Below are positions 59,423-64,000 of a stretch of DNA of 64,000 nucleotides, piece after piece; position 1 is the first letter of the stretch, and every line of letters starts with the position of its first letter. The notes below the pieces were generated by a model that was given only the letters and a program-made list of their open reading frames with translations, ran no database searches and was not told the origin of the DNA. Origin of the DNA: an uncultured SAR86 cluster bacterium (GTDB lineage: Bacteria > Pseudomonadota > Gammaproteobacteria > Magnimaribacterales > Magnimaribacteraceae); the NCBI GenBank assembly GCA_902610065.1, contig CACLUH010000002.1, positions 32,649 through 96,648 of the forward strand, in the 5' to 3' direction. The position numbers and the translations under genes are program-made.

Positions 59423-60172
59423 TTAATTAAAAGAATTGTTTTGTTTTTTGATCTCAAACAGCATTATTCCGGCACTTACTGATGCATTTAAGCTATCCAT
59501 TTTTTCTGACATCTTTATTTTGATAAGTTCATCACAATTTTCTCTAGTAAGCCTTCTAATGCCTTTATCTTCAGAACCAATTATTAATGCCACCTTCTCG
59601 GGGTAATCGATTTCGTTATATCCTAATGAGGCCTTCAAATCACTACCATAAACGGCCACTCCCATCTCTTGCAGATTATTAATTGTTCTCACTATGTTAG
59701 TGACAATTACAAATGGAATAAGTTCTGAAGCTCCGCAGGATATTTTTCTAACTGAAGGAGTGAGATGACAAGATCGATTCTTTGGAACTATTACTGCATC
59801 CACATCTGCTGCTGCTGCGCTTCTTAAACATGCTCCAACATTATGTGGATCAGAGAGTCCATCTAAAATAAGAAATGTAAGTTTAGGCCTTTCAATTACC
59901 GACTGTATGAAGGCTTCAGATTCTTCCAGTCTCTTATTGCAGGACACTGCAATACTTTGATGATTGATATCTTTAAATACTTTTTCAAAAAATTCAGGAT
60001 CTTTCTTATTAATTTTTATTTTATTTTTTTTAGCCTCTTCTACGACAGATTCGATCCTAGTATTTGTTATTTCGCTAAAATAAAGAGACTTAACCGATTT
60101 AGGCCTTGAGACTATTATTTGGTTTACAGCATTTAAGCCACATACCATTTCTTGATCCGGATTTGAGCTCAT
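59423..60172 (-). CDS. rlmB: 23S rRNA (guanosine-2251-2'-O)-methyltransferase
   Basis: 'DPHNVGACLR', 'GSEDKG', 'SLNASV'; follows rnr. Confidence 0.93.
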   Translation of the reverse strand: MSSNPDQEMVCGLNAVNQIIVSRPKSVKSLYFSEITNTRIESVVEEAKKNKIKINKKDPEFFEKVFKDINHQSIAVSCNKRLEESEAFIQSVIERPKLTFLILDGLSDPHNVGACLRSAAAADVDAVIVPKNRSCHLTPSVRKISCGASELIPFVIVTNIVRTINNLQEMGVAVYGSDLKASLGYNEIDYPEKVALIIGSEDKGIRRLTRENCDELIKIKMSEKMDSLNASVSAGIMLFEIKKQNNSFN

Positions 60173-62106
60173 TTTACTAATCTAAGATCTACTTTCTGAG
60201 AAAAGACTTCTACCTTTTCAATCGTAGCTTTAACCTCATCTCCAAGGGAGTATGAATGTCTTGAACTATTGCTTTGTAACATTTTACTATCTTCATCGAA
60301 GACATAATACTCATTACGAGGTAAATACTTTATGTGACAGAGGCCTTCTATATTTATCTCTTTTAAGTGAATAAATAAACCGAAATTAGTAACACCAATT
60401 ATCTGACCATTGAAAGTATTTCCAATATTCTCTGAAGCAAAAGCACACTTAAGGTGATTTAACGCTTCTCTTTCAGCTTTTTCTGCAACCCTCTCCTTTA
60501 TAGAACAACTTTTTGAAGACTCCATTAACTGCTCATGGCTGTAAACAGGTTTAGTCTTTATAGAACTTTCGTCTATTTTAATATTTCCATCATTCGACCT
60601 TATTAAAGATTTTATTGCTCTATGAACTAGCAAATCAGGATATCTTCTTATTGGAGAGGTGAAGTGTGAATAGTTTGAGTAATTAAGGGCATAGTGAATT
60701 GCAACATCAGCTTCGTAAGTAGCCAAGCTCATAGAATATAAAATCTGTGAGTGAATGATGCTTTTATCTTTTCTATCTTTAGCTATTTCCGCCAGAGCTG
60801 TTAATTTTTTTATGTCGCTACCATCGTCCAAAGCAGCATTAATCTTTCTGCTTCTTAAAAATTTTTCAAGAGTTTTAATTTTTAATATATCCGGCTTTGG
60901 GTGAACTCTGTAAACGGAAGGTATTTTATGTTTTAAGCATAATTCAGCTGCCGATATATTTGCAGCAAGCATGAATTCTTCGATCATCATATGAGATATC
61001 TCTCTAGGCGAATCAATAAATCGAACAATTTTCTGATTTTCTACCTTGGGAATGTACGAAGGTACTTCGAGCTCCAACGAGCCTCTTTCAATTCTATTTT
61101 TCTTTAATCTTCTATAAATTTCTAATAGAACCCTTAAAGAATCCGCATAAGGTTTTTTAAATTGTTTTTTCTGTATTTCCCGTGTAACTGTGGGATAAGT
61201 CAATCTAGACTTAGAATTGATTATTGCTTCGAAAAAAGAAGTATCAGAGAGATTACCATCCGCACAGACTGTAGTTTTACAAACTACACAGAATCTATCT
61301 TCATCAGGTTTTAGTGAGCACAAATCATTGCTTAATTCCTCAGGCAACATAGGAATTACTCTCTGCGAGAAATAAACTGAGGTTCCTCTATCAAAAGCTT
61401 CATTATCTAGATGACTTCCTTCATCTATATAACGTGCAACATCGGCTATTGCTACGTATAAAATTAGATTTCCATGCTCATCTTTCTCTCCTAGCACAGC
61501 ATCATCAAAGTCTTTTGCACTTTTTCCATCTATAGTCACAAAAGTTTTACCCCTGAGATCTTTTACGGATTCAATATCAAAATTCTTATCTTTTAACTTT
61601 CTTGATTCATTAATTACCGCCTTAGGCCATTCACGTTTAAGATTATGATTAGTTACAGCCATCTCATATGCCAAACTAAATTCATTATCTAAATCGAATA
61701 AAGAAATAAGATTTGCTTCAGGCAGTGCTTCTAGACTGGGTTGTTTATGCATCGAAAATTTACCGATGCCACCATCTTTTATCATTTTAGGATGCGGCTC
61801 TTTGATTAAAACTCTTAAATCATTTTCGTAGCCCATGGGACTTGTATATAACCTTTTGCCTCTTCTAAATATCTTCCCAATAAACTCACTTGTATTTTCT
61901 GTAATGACTTTATCTATTTTTGCCCAACCTTTTGGAGTAAGAGAAAATTGAACTAAGTCTCCAGGCATTGCTTTAAATAGTTCTTTCTTTCCAAGTTTAA
62001 ATTGGGAATCATATTTGGAATCATCGACATAAAATCCTCTAGATTTATTAGATTTTTTTACAATCCCTCTGAGCGCTTTAGAGGTTTGTTTGTATGATTT
62101 TTTCAA
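60169..62106 (-). CDS. rnr: Ribonuclease R (RNB domain)
   Basis: 'TIDG..AKDFDDA', 'VAIADV', 'IEEFML.AN', 'HFTSPIRRYPDL', C-terminal S1; shortened N-terminus. Confidence 0.92.
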   Translation of the reverse strand: MKKSYKQTSKALRGIVKKSNKSRGFYVDDSKYDSQFKLGKKELFKAMPGDLVQFSLTPKGWAKIDKVITENTSEFIGKIFRRGKRLYTSPMGYENDLRVLIKEPHPKMIKDGGIGKFSMHKQPSLEALPEANLISLFDLDNEFSLAYEMAVTNHNLKREWPKAVINESRKLKDKNFDIESVKDLRGKTFVTIDGKSAKDFDDAVLGEKDEHGNLILYVAIADVARYIDEGSHLDNEAFDRGTSVYFSQRVIPMLPEELSNDLCSLKPDEDRFCVVCKTTVCADGNLSDTSFFEAIINSKSRLTYPTVTREIQKKQFKKPYADSLRVLLEIYRRLKKNRIERGSLELEVPSYIPKVENQKIVRFIDSPREISHMMIEEFMLAANISAAELCLKHKIPSVYRVHPKPDILKIKTLEKFLRSRKINAALDDGSDIKKLTALAEIAKDRKDKSIIHSQILYSMSLATYEADVAIHYALNYSNYSHFTSPIRRYPDLLVHRAIKSLIRSNDGNIKIDESSIKTKPVYSHEQLMESSKSCSIKERVAEKAEREALNHLKCAFASENIGNTFNGQIIGVTNFGLFIHLKEINIEGLCHIKYLPRNEYYVFDEDSKMLQSNSSRHSYSLGDEVKATIEKVEVFSQKVDLRLVK

Positions 62107-62234
62107 TGGATGGATTTCTGTTAAGTATTTTGCTTTTAACTTCGTAGAGTATTTTAAATCATTAAGTTCTTTAAGAGTGATTTTTGTATTAGGACAAGGT
62201 TGCTTGCTAATAACTTAGCTATTAAAGTTGCGTT

Positions 62235-62393
62235 ATGCATATTGGAATTATTATTTCTTTAATATTTATAAGCCTTCTATTCTTTCTTTGGCAATATTCG
62301 AAAGGAGAGCAAGTTGGAAGAAGAATTGGTTTCTTATTAAATATTTGGGGAGCAGTAATAGTATTCTACTTATTCATGGTTGTTTTTTTATAA
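62235..62393 (+). CDS. Small two-TM membrane protein (52 aa) missed by the ORF track
   Basis: MHIGIIISLIFISLLFFLWQYSKGEQVGRRIGFLLNIWGAVIVFYLFMVVFL*; upstream TTGCTT-17-TAAAGT-6-ATG. Confidence 0.65.
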   Translation: MHIGIIISLIFISLLFFLWQYSKGEQVGRRIGFLLNIWGAVIVFYLFMVVFL

Positions 62394-62405
62394 CTGGGGA
62401 AAATT

Positions 62406-63950
62406 ATGTCTGTCAAACATTATGATTGGTCTGCTTATCACGCTTATGTGAGGCCAACTAAGATAGCGATTCGTGATTTGAGTGCAAAACAAAGTCTTAC
62501 TTACAAAGAGCTTGATGATAGAGCTTGTCTCTTAGCAAATTGGTTACAAAGAAAGGGAGTACAAAAGGGCGATAGGGTCGCAATTTTATCTCAGAATTGT
62601 GCTGAATTTTTCGAACTAGAATTTGCTTGTGCAAAAATAGGAGCTATCGAACTACCCTTAAATTGGCGATTAACAAAACCTGAGCTTGAATATATTCTTA
62701 ATGACAGCACGCCTAAAGTTCTTATCTATGATGTATCTTTTTCTGACATCTCAAACGAATTAGTAAAAGACTGTAATATTTCCTGCTCTTTGGAGATTGA
62801 TAAGGAAGATTTAGAAAGCGAGTATGAAATTTCTTTGAAAGAGTCTAGCTATGACTTTGTTCAACCTGATATTAATCAAGAAGATTTGATAATGATTATG
62901 TACACTTCTGGAACAACTGGTCATCCTAAAGGCGCAATGATTAATCATCAAATGCAACTTTATAACGCGATAAATCTTGCCTCTCCTGCATTCGTAGCAA
63001 CGGATACAGTGCAGTTAGTAGTTTTACCACTTTTTCATACAGGCGGAATGAATTGCTATGCAAATCCTGTTTTGCATGCAGGAGGAGAATTAATCCTCAT
63101 AAGAGATTTTGATCCAGGCTTGGCATTGTCAATCTTAGGAAGTGATGAATATAAGGTTTCTCACTTTTTTGCTGTTCCAGCTCCCTATCAGTTCATGATG
63201 AATCATCCTGACTTTGATAGTACTAATCTGTCAAATTTAAGAGTTGCAGGAATTGGAGGTGCTCCTTGCGCTGAAGCGATTCTTAGAACCTGGTCTGATA
63301 GGGGAGTATCAATGATTCAAGGTTGGGGTATGACTGAGACAAGTCCTGGAGGAATAGGACTGCCCGCTGAAGATGCAGAAAGAAAGTTAGGCTCTGCGGG
63401 AAAACCATTGCTACATACAGAAGTTAAAGTAGTTGATGATGAAGGTAAGGAACTCCCTTGGGGAGAGGTAGGGGAGCTATATATTAGAGGTCCGAATATC
63501 ACACCTGGTTACTGGAATAATGAAGAAGCTACAAAGAACTCTTTCGAAGACGATTGGCTTAAAACTGGTGATGCTGCTAGATTTGATGATGAAGGCTTTA
63601 TCTATATCGTAGATCGCTGGAAAGATATGTATATATCAGGTGGAGAAAATGTTTATCCGGCGGAAGTTGAAAATGTTCTTTATCAACTCCCGGAAATTGC
63701 TGAGGCAGCAATTATTGGTGTTCCAGATGAGAGATGGGGTGAGACAGGTATAGCATTCATAAGCCTCAAACCGGAACAAATGCTGGAAGAAAAAGATATC
63801 ATCCAGCATTGTCTAAATAACCTCGCAAAATTTAAAGTACCAAATTCAGTAGAGTTTATAGATGCCTTACCCAGAAATGCTACTGGTAAGGTTTTAAAAA
63901 GAAACTTAAGAGATGATCTTCTTGGATCAGATGCTCCTGCAATTTCATGA
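62406..63950 (+). CDS. Long-chain fatty acid--CoA ligase / acyl-CoA synthetase
   Basis: 'YTSGTTGHPKG', 'PLFH', 'GWGMTE', 'WLKTGD', 'SGGENVYPAEVE', 'PRNATGK'. Confidence 0.93.
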   Translation: MSVKHYDWSAYHAYVRPTKIAIRDLSAKQSLTYKELDDRACLLANWLQRKGVQKGDRVAILSQNCAEFFELEFACAKIGAIELPLNWRLTKPELEYILNDSTPKVLIYDVSFSDISNELVKDCNISCSLEIDKEDLESEYEISLKESSYDFVQPDINQEDLIMIMYTSGTTGHPKGAMINHQMQLYNAINLASPAFVATDTVQLVVLPLFHTGGMNCYANPVLHAGGELILIRDFDPGLALSILGSDEYKVSHFFAVPAPYQFMMNHPDFDSTNLSNLRVAGIGGAPCAEAILRTWSDRGVSMIQGWGMTETSPGGIGLPAEDAERKLGSAGKPLLHTEVKVVDDEGKELPWGEVGELYIRGPNITPGYWNNEEATKNSFEDDWLKTGDAARFDDEGFIYIVDRWKDMYISGGENVYPAEVENVLYQLPEIAEAAIIGVPDERWGETGIAFISLKPEQMLEEKDIIQHCLNNLAKFKVPNSVEFIDALPRNATGKVLKRNLRDDLLGSDAPAIS

Positions 63951-64000
63951 TGAAGTTATATGATTTTCCTCAAGCACCTAATCCAAGAAGGGTAAAAATA
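63947..64000 (+). CDS. Glutathione S-transferase N-terminus (3' truncated by window edge)
   Basis: MMKLYDFPQAPNPRRVKI matches the GTT2-like GST start 'APNPRRV'; ATGA overlap with the upstream stop. Confidence 0.75.
   Translation, partial: MMKLYDFPQAPNPRRVKI

Noticed and set aside
62228-62425. 65-aa ORF in the track
   Set aside because: The alternative frame 62235-62393 gives a far more protein-like two-TM product with a matching promoter

Overview
AT-rich, very tightly packed chromosome segment from a streamlined marine gammaproteobacterium. It looks SAR86-like, which is an inference from low GC, minimal intergenic space and gene content. Core blocks: bamD/rluD-pgeF, ilvIH-ilvC-pssA, coaE-yacG and rnr-rlmB-lpxC-secA-argJ. 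These flank accessory cargo: two tandem DUF5916-type outer-membrane proteins, a Fur-boxed heme uptake/utilisation locus (TonB receptor, HmuTUV, HugZ-like, DUF2470-SIP fusion), three phosphoesterases, lipid/ester catabolism genes and an ADP-ribose/nucleoside salvage trio. tRNA-Ile(GAT) and tRNA-Ala(TGC) stand alone, about 25 kb apart, with no rRNA. I found no integrase, transposase or CRISPR array. The most notable unexplained signals are: (1) an independently promoted, multi-hairpin ~180 nt minus-strand ncRNA candidate (28591-28772) with an ACGGAU CsrA-type loop; (2) a circularly permuted PAS-like insertion inside a purple acid phosphatase; (3) a recurring leaderless promoter architecture; (4) a second Fur-like box between a CDGSH gene and def; (5) small ORFs missed by the ORF track. 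All product calls come from motif recognition by eye; no searches were run.
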